Assembly (NCBI GenBank): GCA_046263255.1
Contig: JBHELD010000012.1
Coordinates: 451-64,450 of the forward strand
DNA: 64,000 bases
Direction: 5' to 3'
Source: Actinomycetota bacterium
Lineage (GTDB): Bacteria; Actinomycetota; CADDZG01; WHSQ01
This document shows, in pieces, positions 8,835-16,937 of the stretch. The notes under the pieces are model-generated. The model searched no databases. It was not told the origin of the DNA and worked only from the letters and a program-made list of their open reading frames with translations. The first letter of the stretch is position 1; every line of letters begins with the position of its first letter. The position numbers were made by a program, and so were the translations under genes.

Positions 8835-10016
8835 CTAGCCGGAACCCTCGCCGAACCGGCGCAGGGCGACATGGCGGGGCAGTGCGACGTCGCGGAGCCG
8901 GTCGCGCTCCGCGATGACCTCCGGCAGCAGGTCGAAGAAGACGTCCAGCAGATCGGCATCGAACTGGGTCCCGCGCCCGTCGCGCATCATCGAGAGCGCC
9001 GTCGGAACGGGGAACGCCTTGCGATAGACGCGGTCGGTCGTCAGGGCGTCGAACACGTCTCCGATCGCGGCGATCCGTCCCTCGACCGGGATCGCGGTGC
9101 CGGCAAGACGGTTGGGATAACCCCTGCCGTCCGGCCGCTCGTGGTGGTGCACCGCGATGGAGGCCGCGACCTGAAGGACCTTGGACTCGGAGCCCGCGAG
9201 GATGCGGTGGCCGATCGCGGCATGACCCTCCATCACCGCTCGCTCCTCCGGAGTGAACTTGCCGGGCTTCAGCAGGATCTCGTCGGGGATGCCGATCTTG
9301 CCGATGTCGTGCATCTGGCTGGCGATGCGTATGCGCTGGCTCGTGTCCTCGTCGAAGCCCACCCGCCGCGCAAGAAGGAAGCAGTACTCGCTCATCCTCA
9401 TGATGTGCTGCGACGTCTCCTCGTCACGGAACTCCGCAGCGATCGAGAGCCGCGTCACGGTCTCCTCCTGCGAACGTCTCCAACCGTCCAGCGCGTCTTC
9501 GACGTCCTGCACGGCCTGCCACAGATGCTCGGTTCTCGCCTTGACCTGTTCCTCGAGCGTGCGGTTGTGCGCGTTGACGCGCTCGTGAAGGAACCTGATC
9601 TCGAGGAGGTTCGCGATCCGGAGGACCACCTCGGCCCAGTCGAACGGCTTCGCGAGGAAGTCCCTGGCCCCCGCCGACAGCGTCCTCAGCTTCACCAGTG
9701 GGTCGACGTCGCCGGTGAGCACGACGATCGGGACGAAGCCGTGCTCCTGCTCGCTTCGGCGCGCCGCCACTCGCTCCATGAAGTCGAACCCGTCGGTGCC
9801 CGGCATGTGGAGATCGAGCAGGAGTATGTCGGGAGGCTCGTCGAAGAACGCGCGCAGGGCGGCCTCCGGATCGCGCACGCACCGGATGTCTTCGTACCCC
9901 GCTCTGGCAAGCACGCGCTCCAGCAGGTCGAGGTTCGTCTGCTCGTCGTCGACGGCGAGGATCCGCGCTGCCGGATATGCCGGCGCCGCGCCGCGCCGCC
10001 TCGTGTCCGAGATCAC
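8835..10016 (-). CDS. response regulator with HD-GYP domain (c-di-GMP phosphodiesterase type)
   Basis: Receiver domain (ILAVDDEQTNLDLL...LLLDLHMPGTDGF...AKPF) followed by HD-GYP motifs (HDIGKIGIPDEILLKPGKF, HHHERPDGRGYP). GTG 10016 overlaps the kinase stop as GTGA. Confidence 0.85.
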   Translation of the reverse strand: MISDTRRRGAAPAYPAARILAVDDEQTNLDLLERVLARAGYEDIRCVRDPEAALRAFFDEPPDILLLDLHMPGTDGFDFMERVAARRSEQEHGFVPIVVLTGDVDPLVKLRTLSAGARDFLAKPFDWAEVVLRIANLLEIRFLHERVNAHNRTLEEQVKARTEHLWQAVQDVEDALDGWRRSQEETVTRLSIAAEFRDEETSQHIMRMSEYCFLLARRVGFDEDTSQRIRIASQMHDIGKIGIPDEILLKPGKFTPEERAVMEGHAAIGHRILAGSESKVLQVAASIAVHHHERPDGRGYPNRLAGTAIPVEGRIAAIGDVFDALTTDRVYRKAFPVPTALSMMRDGRGTQFDADLLDVFFDLLPEVIAERDRLRDVALPRHVALRRFGEGSG

Positions 10017-12061
10017 CGCCCCACCCTCTCGACCACCTCGTCGAGCACCTCGAGCAGCTGCCGGACGTCCATCGGCTTGGTCACGTACGCGGCCGCGCCC
10101 TTGTCCTTCAACCTCTGGATCTGGCCGCCGGTCGCGTCGGCGCTCAGCATGACTACGGGAATCGACGCCGTCGCTCGGTCTCGAGCGAGGGTGTCGAGGA
10201 CCTCGTCGCCCTGGATGTCGGGGAGGTTCAGATCGAGCAGGATGACGTCCGGCCTCGCTTCCCGAGCCATCCGGACGCCGGCCCGCCCGGTGGCGGCCGT
10301 GAGGAGCTTCGTCCCCGGGCGGCGGCGGAAGATCCCGCGCACGAGCTGGACGTTCGCCTGGTTGTCCTCCACGTACAGCACCCTCAGTGGTCGCACCGCC
10401 CCCGCGGGAGGTTCCGCTTCCGAGACGTCCGCCGTCGCGGCCGCGCCGCCGGCGGCCGCGAGCAGCGCCACCGTCACCGTCGTTCCCTCGGCGACGCGGC
10501 TGCCGACGGAGAGCGAGCCTCCCATCGCCTCGGCGAGGCCCTTGCTCAACACGAGCCCGAGGCCGGTTCCCTCGACACCCGACTCCTCGGCTCCCAACCG
10601 GTTGAACGGCGTGAACAAGCGGCTCATCTGCTCTTCGGACAATCCCGGACCGGTATCGGATACGTCGACCTGCACGTGCCCGTCCGCCGCCGACACCACG
10701 ACGTCGACGGCACCGCCGCGCACGTTGTACTTGATGGCATTGCTGAGGAGGTTGAGGATGATCTGCTTCAGCCGCTGCTGATCGGCCGAAACGGGCGGCA
10801 TGCCCGCCGCCGGACGAAAGCTCACGCGCATCTCGATGTCTTCGTCGGAGGCGAGGGGTTCGGTGAGGCTCACCGTCTCCTCGACCACCGCTCTCACGTC
10901 GACCGGCTCCACCGAAAGCGACATCTGGCCGCTCTCGATCCGGGCGATGTCCAGCACTTCGTTGATGAGGTCGAGGAGGTGCCTCCCGCCTCGAATGATG
11001 TGGTCGACGTTGTCGCGTTGCTCGGGCGCAAGCTCGTCGAGCGTGAGGAGCTGCGCGAACCCCAGCACCGAGTTCAGCGGCGTTCGCAGCTCGTGGCTCA
11101 TCCTCGAGAGGAACTCGCTCTTCTCTTTGTTCGCGCGGTCCGCCTCGTCGCGCGACTGCATCATCTTCGCCTCGGCGTGCTTGCGAAGCGCCTCCTTCCG
11201 CAAGAGCTCCGCCCGCGTCTCCTCGAGGACCCAACCAAGCTCCGCGATCTCGTCGCGGCCTCCGATCGGAGCGAGGGGGGCGTCGGTGTCGAGCAGCCGT
11301 GAGTTCTGCTGGAGGAGCCGGACGCGCCTCGCGATCTCCCGGACGAACAGGACGACTCCCACGGCACCCCCGACGACACCTCCGAGGGCACCGATCCAGA
11401 GGGCCACGTCCCTCTCGGCGTGCAGGGCCTCTCTCCCGGTCAGGGCCGCTCGCAGCTGAGCGCCCCTTTGCTCCAGCAGCGACGAGAGCGCCGCGCGGAT
11501 CCGGTCCATGTTCTCCTTGCTCCGAAGGAGAAGCGGTTGCAGGGCGCGGGCCGGCTCGGAGTCGGCGCGCTCGCGGAGCCGGAGCAGGACGGCGTATTCG
11601 TCTTCGAGCAGCTCCTGGGTTCCCGGGCCGACACCGGCGGCGTCGACGGCGGCCGCCAGCTCGTCCAGGTCCGCCGCCAGACGCTCGAACGGCTCGAGAA
11701 AGACGGGGTCCTTCGTGGCGACGTATCCGGTGATGCCGATTTCGACATCGGCAGAGGCCTGAAGGAGAGCAGCCGCCGCGTCGCGGGACTCCCTGATCGA
11801 GGTGACGCGCCCGTCTGCCTGCGCGTCCTGACGTGCGTGCACCAGCAGCACCGCGAACGCGGCAGACAGCGGGAGCAGCGGGATGGCGAGAACGATGAGT
11901 CCCTTGACGCGCAGGGACGATCGCTGCCACAGCGACGTCTTCGCCGCGTCGTCTCTGCGGCCGGCAGGCGCGACGGCCTGCCCGGTCACCTCGTTGTCCA
12001 CTAGACGTTTGTCCCCCTCGTTGATTGGAGTCAGGAGGTTCCCTGGGGCGCGTCGTCTCAA
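10013..12061 (-). CDS. hybrid sensor histidine kinase (CHASE3-like sensor, HisKA, HATPase, C-terminal receiver)
   Basis: EIGITGYVATKDPVFLEPF is a CHASE3-like signature. H-box FLSRMSHELRTPLNS. ATPase G-boxes DTGPGL and GTGLGL. Receiver VLYVEDNQANV...ILLDLNLPDIQG...TKPM. The start is uncertain: TTG 12061 or GTG about 12005. Confidence 0.85.
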   Translation of the reverse strand: MRRRAPGNLLTPINEGDKRLVDNEVTGQAVAPAGRRDDAAKTSLWQRSSLRVKGLIVLAIPLLPLSAAFAVLLVHARQDAQADGRVTSIRESRDAAAALLQASADVEIGITGYVATKDPVFLEPFERLAADLDELAAAVDAAGVGPGTQELLEDEYAVLLRLRERADSEPARALQPLLLRSKENMDRIRAALSSLLEQRGAQLRAALTGREALHAERDVALWIGALGGVVGGAVGVVLFVREIARRVRLLQQNSRLLDTDAPLAPIGGRDEIAELGWVLEETRAELLRKEALRKHAEAKMMQSRDEADRANKEKSEFLSRMSHELRTPLNSVLGFAQLLTLDELAPEQRDNVDHIIRGGRHLLDLINEVLDIARIESGQMSLSVEPVDVRAVVEETVSLTEPLASDEDIEMRVSFRPAAGMPPVSADQQRLKQIILNLLSNAIKYNVRGGAVDVVVSAADGHVQVDVSDTGPGLSEEQMSRLFTPFNRLGAEESGVEGTGLGLVLSKGLAEAMGGSLSVGSRVAEGTTVTVALLAAAGGAAATADVSEAEPPAGAVRPLRVLYVEDNQANVQLVRGIFRRRPGTKLLTAATGRAGVRMAREARPDVILLDLNLPDIQGDEVLDTLARDRATASIPVVMLSADATGGQIQRLKDKGAAAYVTKPMDVRQLLEVLDEVVERVGR

Positions 12062-12209
12062 ACCCGCTCATGGAAGAAGGCCGGTAATGGACGGCGCGAC
12101 TTGCTTCGGCCGAGCGCGAACAGGAGCGCGCGGCTCGCGCGGCACAAGGCGGACCTGAAAGCAGACGAGGCGCCCGCCGCGGTCGGTGCTCGTCAGCGGC
12201 GCGGATTTG

Positions 12210-12365
12210 TCAGCGGGCCCAGAAAGACGGTGGGTCGCTCGCGGGAAACGAGTCCCTGCTCGCCTCGTCGACGAGCGCGTCCAGGGCGGCCTGGTCGGGC
12301 GCGGCCTCGGCGGCTTCCGGCGTCTCCCCGCTCGGGCGCGACGGCTCGTCCCCGTCCTTGGCCAT
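12210..12365 (-). CDS. small acidic protein (51 aa) ending in the DSFPASDPP motif
   Basis: Absent from the ORF track because it is under 60 aa. ATG 12365 follows GAGAGGAGG. The translation is MAKDGDEPSRPSGETPEAAEAAPDQAALDALVDEASRDSFPASDPPSFWAR. It shares its C-terminal motif with the 38314..38517 protein. Confidence 0.55.
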   Translation of the reverse strand: MAKDGDEPSRPSGETPEAAEAAPDQAALDALVDEASRDSFPASDPPSFWAR

Positions 12366-12410
12366 CGGACCTCCTCTCGCTTGCTTCGAGTGCCGCCGCG
12401 AACCCGACCG

Positions 12411-12749
12411 CTACGAGACCCGGATCTCGGCCGCGTCCCGCAGCGACGCGATAACACGGCGCCCCTGCTCCACGCCCTCGACAAACCCCATCTTCGACCC
12501 CCGCTCCCAGGCGGAGTCGAGCTCGCGGCCCCACCGGCGACGGGCGGCCGCGACCACGGCCTCGAGAGACGCGCGGTAGAGGGCGCGCGGGGGATGCGGC
12601 CGGGCGGCGGTCTCGAACATCACGGCGTGGTGCAGCGATTGGATCGCCGCGTGGCGGCGGCCCGCTCGCCGGGCGAGGTCGAGCGTCGAGGAGACGAACA
12701 CGCGCAGGCGCTGGTCCGGCGTCAGGGTCGTCCGGGGGGCGCCGCTCAA
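12411..12749 (-). pseudogene. possible internally deleted remnant of a DUF4062-type NTPase/regulator gene
   Basis: RLRVFVSSTLDLA...AVMFETAARPHPPRALYRASL resembles the DUF4062 N-terminal module of large actinobacterial ATPase regulators. It joins directly to a C-terminal-looking tail and totals only ~112 codons. TTG 12749 overlaps the cyclase stop as TTGA. Confidence 0.35.
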
Positions 12750-13411
12750 GAACGCTGCTCCAGCTCGGCGAAGGCGCGGACGGGAAACGATGCCCCTCGT
12801 TCGATCCGGACGGCCGGCGCGAAGAAGCGGAGACCGCGTGGCGGCAGCCGGTCGAGGTGACAGAGGTGCTCGACGACGAGGATGCCGGCGCCGAGCAGAC
12901 GTGTGTGGACCGGGCGGCGCCGCGTGGCGGTGTCGTCGACGTTCCAGAAGTCGACGCCGACGAGGCCGGCGCCGCGCTCTACAAGCCGCGTCACGAGGTC
13001 GTCCGATAGGTAGGGGCCCGGCTCCCAGTAGGCGTCGGTTCCCCACCGGGCGTCCCACCCGGTGCGGATCAGGACGGCCGCGCCGGCGAGGTCGTCGGGC
13101 GGGAGCTCCGGGTCGGCCGCGCGCGCCCCGTCCACGGCCGCGTCCACGACGAAGCCGCGCAGGCCCACGAGACGCTCGAGGGGCACCTGCGCGAGGTCCT
13201 CGCCGTCCGGGAACCGGTGGAACGGCGAGTCGACGTAGGTGCCGACGTTCGCCGGCATCTCGACGATCCCGAGGTAGAACTCGTCACCGCCCTCGTATCG
13301 GGGACGCGACGCGGCGTGGTCTAGATGCGCGCCGATGCGCGGCGTCGGCAGCCCCGGGTACGGCGCCATCCCGTCCGCCAGCGCGTGGCTCAGGTCGACG
13401 AAGCGCGTCAT
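12746..13411 (-). CDS. cyclase family protein (arylformamidase-like)
   Basis: 221 aa. DLSHAL...GTYVDSPFHRF...IRTGWD...GVDFWNVD...HTRLLGAGILVVEHL matches the putative cyclase / kynurenine formamidase family pattern. Confidence 0.8.
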   Translation of the reverse strand: MTRFVDLSHALADGMAPYPGLPTPRIGAHLDHAASRPRYEGGDEFYLGIVEMPANVGTYVDSPFHRFPDGEDLAQVPLERLVGLRGFVVDAAVDGARAADPELPPDDLAGAAVLIRTGWDARWGTDAYWEPGPYLSDDLVTRLVERGAGLVGVDFWNVDDTATRRRPVHTRLLGAGILVVEHLCHLDRLPPRGLRFFAPAVRIERGASFPVRAFAELEQRS

Positions 13412-13421
13412 GGCGCGCCGG

Positions 13422-15047
13422 TCACTCCGGCCGCGCGGCGACGCGGAATCCGAACATCATCCCGCCCTCCATGTGCTCTGCGATGTGACAGTGGGCCATC
13501 CAGAGCCCGGGATTCGACGCATCCAGCAGCAGGTCGACGGTCTCCCCCGTTCGCACCAGCACCGTGTCCTTCCAGACGAGGTTCGGCTCGCGCACGCCGT
13601 CCCGTGCGAGCACGAGGAACCGCTGCCCGTGGACGTGGAAGGGGTGGTGCATGGGGTGGTCGGACTCCATCTCGTTGACGAGGCGGATCTTGACCTGGGC
13701 GCCGGCCTGGAACGTCCAGTCGATGTCGCCGCCGACCTTGCCGGTGTCGCGGTCGATGACCTTCCACCTCATGTTCGCCGTCGTCGACGCGCGATTCACC
13801 TCCGGCATCAGGTCCTCCCACTCGATCCCGTCGGCGAGCCCACCGTCGTGATCGTGATGCCCGGCGTGTGGGGCCGGCACGTGCTGCGACGGCAGGAGCT
13901 TCATCCCGCACTTCGGGCAGATTCCCGGCGCGTCGCTCACGATCTCGGGGTGCATCGGGCAGACGTAGACGGCCGTCTCTCCGGGAGCGGGCTCGTCGAC
14001 GTCCATCTCCGCCACCAGCGCGAGCGTCTTATCGGGTGGCGCGTCCAGGTACGCATCCGTGCGGCGGCGCTCGGCCGCCATCTCGGGAGCGACGCGCAGC
14101 GTCTCGAAGGTCCCCGCGTCCGCATGCCGCGTGCGTGGCTCGACGACAGAGATCGTCGACAGCGTGTACGTCGCGTGCGGAGTGACGTGCTGGAGCGCGA
14201 AGGCTCCGATCGCGTCGAAGCGGACGTCGACCACCGCGCGCTCCGACGGCGCCAGCACGACGTCGTCCACCCACTCTTCCCGTTCGTACCGTCCCGCGTC
14301 GCCGCCCACGAGCTTCATGCGGCCCCCCGGGAGCATCACCTTGAAGACGCGCGTGTTCGCTGTGTTCGTGAGGTAGAGCCGGACGACCTCGCCCCGCTCG
14401 ACCTCGAGGCGCTGGTCCGTCTCGCCGCTCGTCAGCAGGACGTTCCCGAAGCGGCCCATCGCCACGAAGTTGGTCTCGTGGTGCGCGAACGGCGCGATGC
14501 GCCCGTCCTCGATCAAGAGGTCGTCCAGCGTGATCACGACCTCGCGGCCGGCCGGGGGCCAGTAGCCGGGGTCCTCCGGCTCGACCACGACGTTGCCGTA
14601 GAGCCCGAGCTCCTGCGCGTAGTCCTCGCGCATGTGCGGGTGGTACCAGAACAACCCGGGATCGGGAAACGTCAGGCGGTGGGTGTAGCGCCCGCCGGGC
14701 GGGACGGGGGCCTGGGTCTCGTGCGGGACGCCGTCGAACTCGTTCGCGAGACGCAACCCGTGCCAGTGGACCGTCGACTCCATCGCCGTCTCGTTGACGA
14801 CCTCTACGAGCACCTCGCAACCCTGGCGCACCCGCAGCGTGGGACCGGGGATCGATCCGTTGTACGCCAGCATCGGGAGGACGTGTCCGCCGACCTGCTT
14901 CGCGACCGGGTGGATCCGGAGCCGGTACGAGCTCCCCGGCGAAAGCTCGATCGCACCGGGCGGCGACGCCTGCGGCAGGCTCGCGGCATCCAGCTCGAGC
15001 GGTAGAGGGTGGTCGTGGGACGTCGCCGCCCCTGCGTGTTCGTTCAC
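13422..15047 (-). CDS. multicopper oxidase with an embedded Cys/His metal-binding insert
   Basis: Copper ligand motifs HWHGLRL, WYHPHMRED, HPFHVHGQRF and HCHIAEHMEGGMM. Insert YVCPMHPEIVSDAPGICPKCGMKLLP plus HAGHHDHD. Start set at GTG 15047 behind AAGGAGAGAG. Confidence 0.85.
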   Translation of the reverse strand: MNEHAGAATSHDHPLPLELDAASLPQASPPGAIELSPGSSYRLRIHPVAKQVGGHVLPMLAYNGSIPGPTLRVRQGCEVLVEVVNETAMESTVHWHGLRLANEFDGVPHETQAPVPPGGRYTHRLTFPDPGLFWYHPHMREDYAQELGLYGNVVVEPEDPGYWPPAGREVVITLDDLLIEDGRIAPFAHHETNFVAMGRFGNVLLTSGETDQRLEVERGEVVRLYLTNTANTRVFKVMLPGGRMKLVGGDAGRYEREEWVDDVVLAPSERAVVDVRFDAIGAFALQHVTPHATYTLSTISVVEPRTRHADAGTFETLRVAPEMAAERRRTDAYLDAPPDKTLALVAEMDVDEPAPGETAVYVCPMHPEIVSDAPGICPKCGMKLLPSQHVPAPHAGHHDHDGGLADGIEWEDLMPEVNRASTTANMRWKVIDRDTGKVGGDIDWTFQAGAQVKIRLVNEMESDHPMHHPFHVHGQRFLVLARDGVREPNLVWKDTVLVRTGETVDLLLDASNPGLWMAHCHIAEHMEGGMMFGFRVAARPE

Positions 15048-15227
15048 CGCGTCTCTCTCCTTCGTTCCGCGCCCCGCGACCGGCGCGGGGATCGTCCTGG
15101 TCTCCGTCCGGCAGAACGGTCGCCCGCGACGCGGCCTTACGTCAATACGGAAGCCCATAAGTCGCTTTCGCCCGGGTCGGGGCAAGGGTGGATCCCGGAG
15201 GGAGCGGACGCCGGGCCCTCTATTCGC

Positions 15228-15611
15228 CTAGGTCGAGGAACCGGACCCCATCTCGTCCGGACCGCCGGTGACGAGGCCGACGAAGTTCCCGGCGGGGTCC
15301 TCGAAGTGCGCGAGCGTGGGGCCGCCCGGCACCTCCATCGGAGGGTTGATCGTCTTGCCGCCGAGGCTCTCGATCTTCTCGAGGGCCGCCTCGATGTCCT
15401 CGACCCACACGTACCAGGTCAGGTGACGCCCGCTCCCGTCGGGAGGGGCCTGGCCGATCCCGCCGTTGATGCCCCGGCCGCCGTTGTCCACTATGCCGTA
15501 GCCCATCGGGTTGTCGGCGTCGATCTTCCATTCGAACGCCTCGCCGTAGAACTGGATCAGCGCCGGCCCGTCGGGCCCGAGCGCCTCGAAATGGACCACC
15601 GGGTTCGACAT
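15228..15611 (-). CDS. VOC (glyoxalase/bleomycin resistance) family protein
   Basis: 127 aa. VVHFEALGPDGPALIQFYGEAFEW...GGIG...WYVWVEDIEAALEKIESLGGK...FEDPAGNFVGLV is typical of the VOC fold. Confidence 0.8.
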   Translation of the reverse strand: MSNPVVHFEALGPDGPALIQFYGEAFEWKIDADNPMGYGIVDNGGRGINGGIGQAPPDGSGRHLTWYVWVEDIEAALEKIESLGGKTINPPMEVPGGPTLAHFEDPAGNFVGLVTGGPDEMGSGSST

Positions 15612-15783
15612 GTTTGCTCCTTTCGTCCAGGTTTGCGAAACCTATTACGGGTCCGGTCCGGGCTCGACTCCGCGTGCCGGGCGCGGCCGCTAGAGAAATC
15701 ACGCGATCGGGTTTGACCGCGCAACCAGGAGCATGCTCCCGAGCGTCTAACTATCGTCTAAAGGTGGCGAAAGGGGCACTCCG

Positions 15784-16422
15784 ATGCACAGGACCGTTCT
15801 GCTCGTGGTCATGGCGGCTGTAGCGGTAGCCGGGAGCACGCTCCCGGCAGCCTCGCAAGAGCCACAGGTGCGGGTCGACGCGAGCCAGTTCGCGATGGCT
15901 CAGTGGAAGGTGACCGAGAAGGGCGAACGAACGATCTACTTCGCCGCAGGGATCACCCGAGGGGGCGGAACCGGGTGGCCCTTCATCGGATACGTCGGCC
16001 GCACCGAGTGCAAGAGGGTGGTCCGCGGCCACCACACGCACTTCGTCTGCCGCGGCCGCGCGCGGCCGGTCGACCTGGCGCCGGGCGATTTCGTCGCCGA
16101 TCCCGCCCTGCAGACGGCGCGGCTGACGGTCGCCTCCGGCGGCATGACGCACACGTTCGAATGGGAGGCGACCGCCGACGAGCCGTACCCCTACTTCCAC
16201 CAGCACCTGGGGACCGACGTCGGCGCGCAGGTCATGACCTCGCTGGCGCGGCGCGCCTCCGCGACGGGAACCGCGTTCGGCGAGCAGCTGGACGTCTCGC
16301 GCCTCGGCTACCTGTCGCAGGGAGCGATGGTCGACGCCTACCTCCGCGGCCGCGCGGCGCTCCCGCACCTGCGGTTCGGCGACGACGGGACGCTGATCTT
16401 CCGCCGGACGCTCGCTCAGTAG
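15784..16422 (+). CDS. hypothetical secreted protein
   Basis: Signal peptide MHRTVLLVVMAAVAVAGSTLPAASQE and balanced coding-like composition. No family recognised. Confidence 0.6.
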   Translation: MHRTVLLVVMAAVAVAGSTLPAASQEPQVRVDASQFAMAQWKVTEKGERTIYFAAGITRGGGTGWPFIGYVGRTECKRVVRGHHTHFVCRGRARPVDLAPGDFVADPALQTARLTVASGGMTHTFEWEATADEPYPYFHQHLGTDVGAQVMTSLARRASATGTAFGEQLDVSRLGYLSQGAMVDAYLRGRAALPHLRFGDDGTLIFRRTLAQ

Positions 16423-16892
16423 CGGTCGGTCCTGCGGTACCCGCCGCGCTCGTTCCACCACTCGATGTCGAGGTGGTCGGCGGCGGGCACGAGATAGGAC
16501 ATCTCCTTCACTTCCACCCGGAACAGGTGAAACCCGCCGAAGGCATGGCCGTCGCCGGGGCCGGACGCCCGCCTGTATCGGGCGAACGTCTCTTCGTCCT
16601 CCACGAGCACGGCGAGCCCCGACAGCTTCGCGTCGCCCGCCGCGACGTCCTTGTCGGTCGTCGCGCTGTGCAGCGCGAGCCTCGGGTCGCGCAGGAGATC
16701 CCTTGCCTTCAGCGACCCCGGCATCATCCCGAGCCACAGCTCGCCCTCGCCGAACAGCGTCTTGATCCCCGAGATCCGGGGCGCTCCGTCGGCCTTCAGC
16801 GTCGCCACAAGCGCGAGGCCGTGGGCCTCGAACCGCGCCCGCACCTTCGCGGCGAGAGCCGTGACCGACGACTCGACCGCGTGCCAGTTCAT
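16416..16892 (-). CDS. pyridoxamine 5'-phosphate oxidase family protein
   Basis: 158 aa. LALVATLKADGAPRISGIKTLFGEGELWLGMMPGSLKARDLLRDPRLALH resembles PPOX-type FMN-binding split-barrel proteins. Confidence 0.7.
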   Translation of the reverse strand: MNWHAVESSVTALAAKVRARFEAHGLALVATLKADGAPRISGIKTLFGEGELWLGMMPGSLKARDLLRDPRLALHSATTDKDVAAGDAKLSGLAVLVEDEETFARYRRASGPGDGHAFGGFHLFRVEVKEMSYLVPAADHLDIEWWNERGGYRRTDRY

Positions 16893-16937
16893 CAGCTGCC
16901 TCCTCTCGGAGCCGCCACGGTAATCGCTCCGCCGGCG

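Noticed and set aside
8835-12071. A single 1078-aa ORF spanning the HD-GYP regulator and the kinase region
   Set aside because: Only the last 393 codons (from GTG 10016) show receiver and HD-GYP motifs. The upstream 685 codons are an Arg/Gly-rich off-frame reading of the CHASE3 kinase gene, whose own frame (10013..12061) carries the real motifs.
12068-12860. Several 110-225-aa ORFs (12068..12484 -, 12186..12860 +, 12193..12534 -)
   Set aside because: All are Arg/Gly/Pro-rich and mutually overlapping. The only frames there with coding-like sequence are the 51-aa DSFPASDPP gene and the DUF4062-like remnant.
13335-15005. 556-aa plus-strand ORF antisense to the multicopper oxidase
   Set aside because: It has no motifs and a biased composition. 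The opposite strand carries all four copper-ligand motifs of an MCO.
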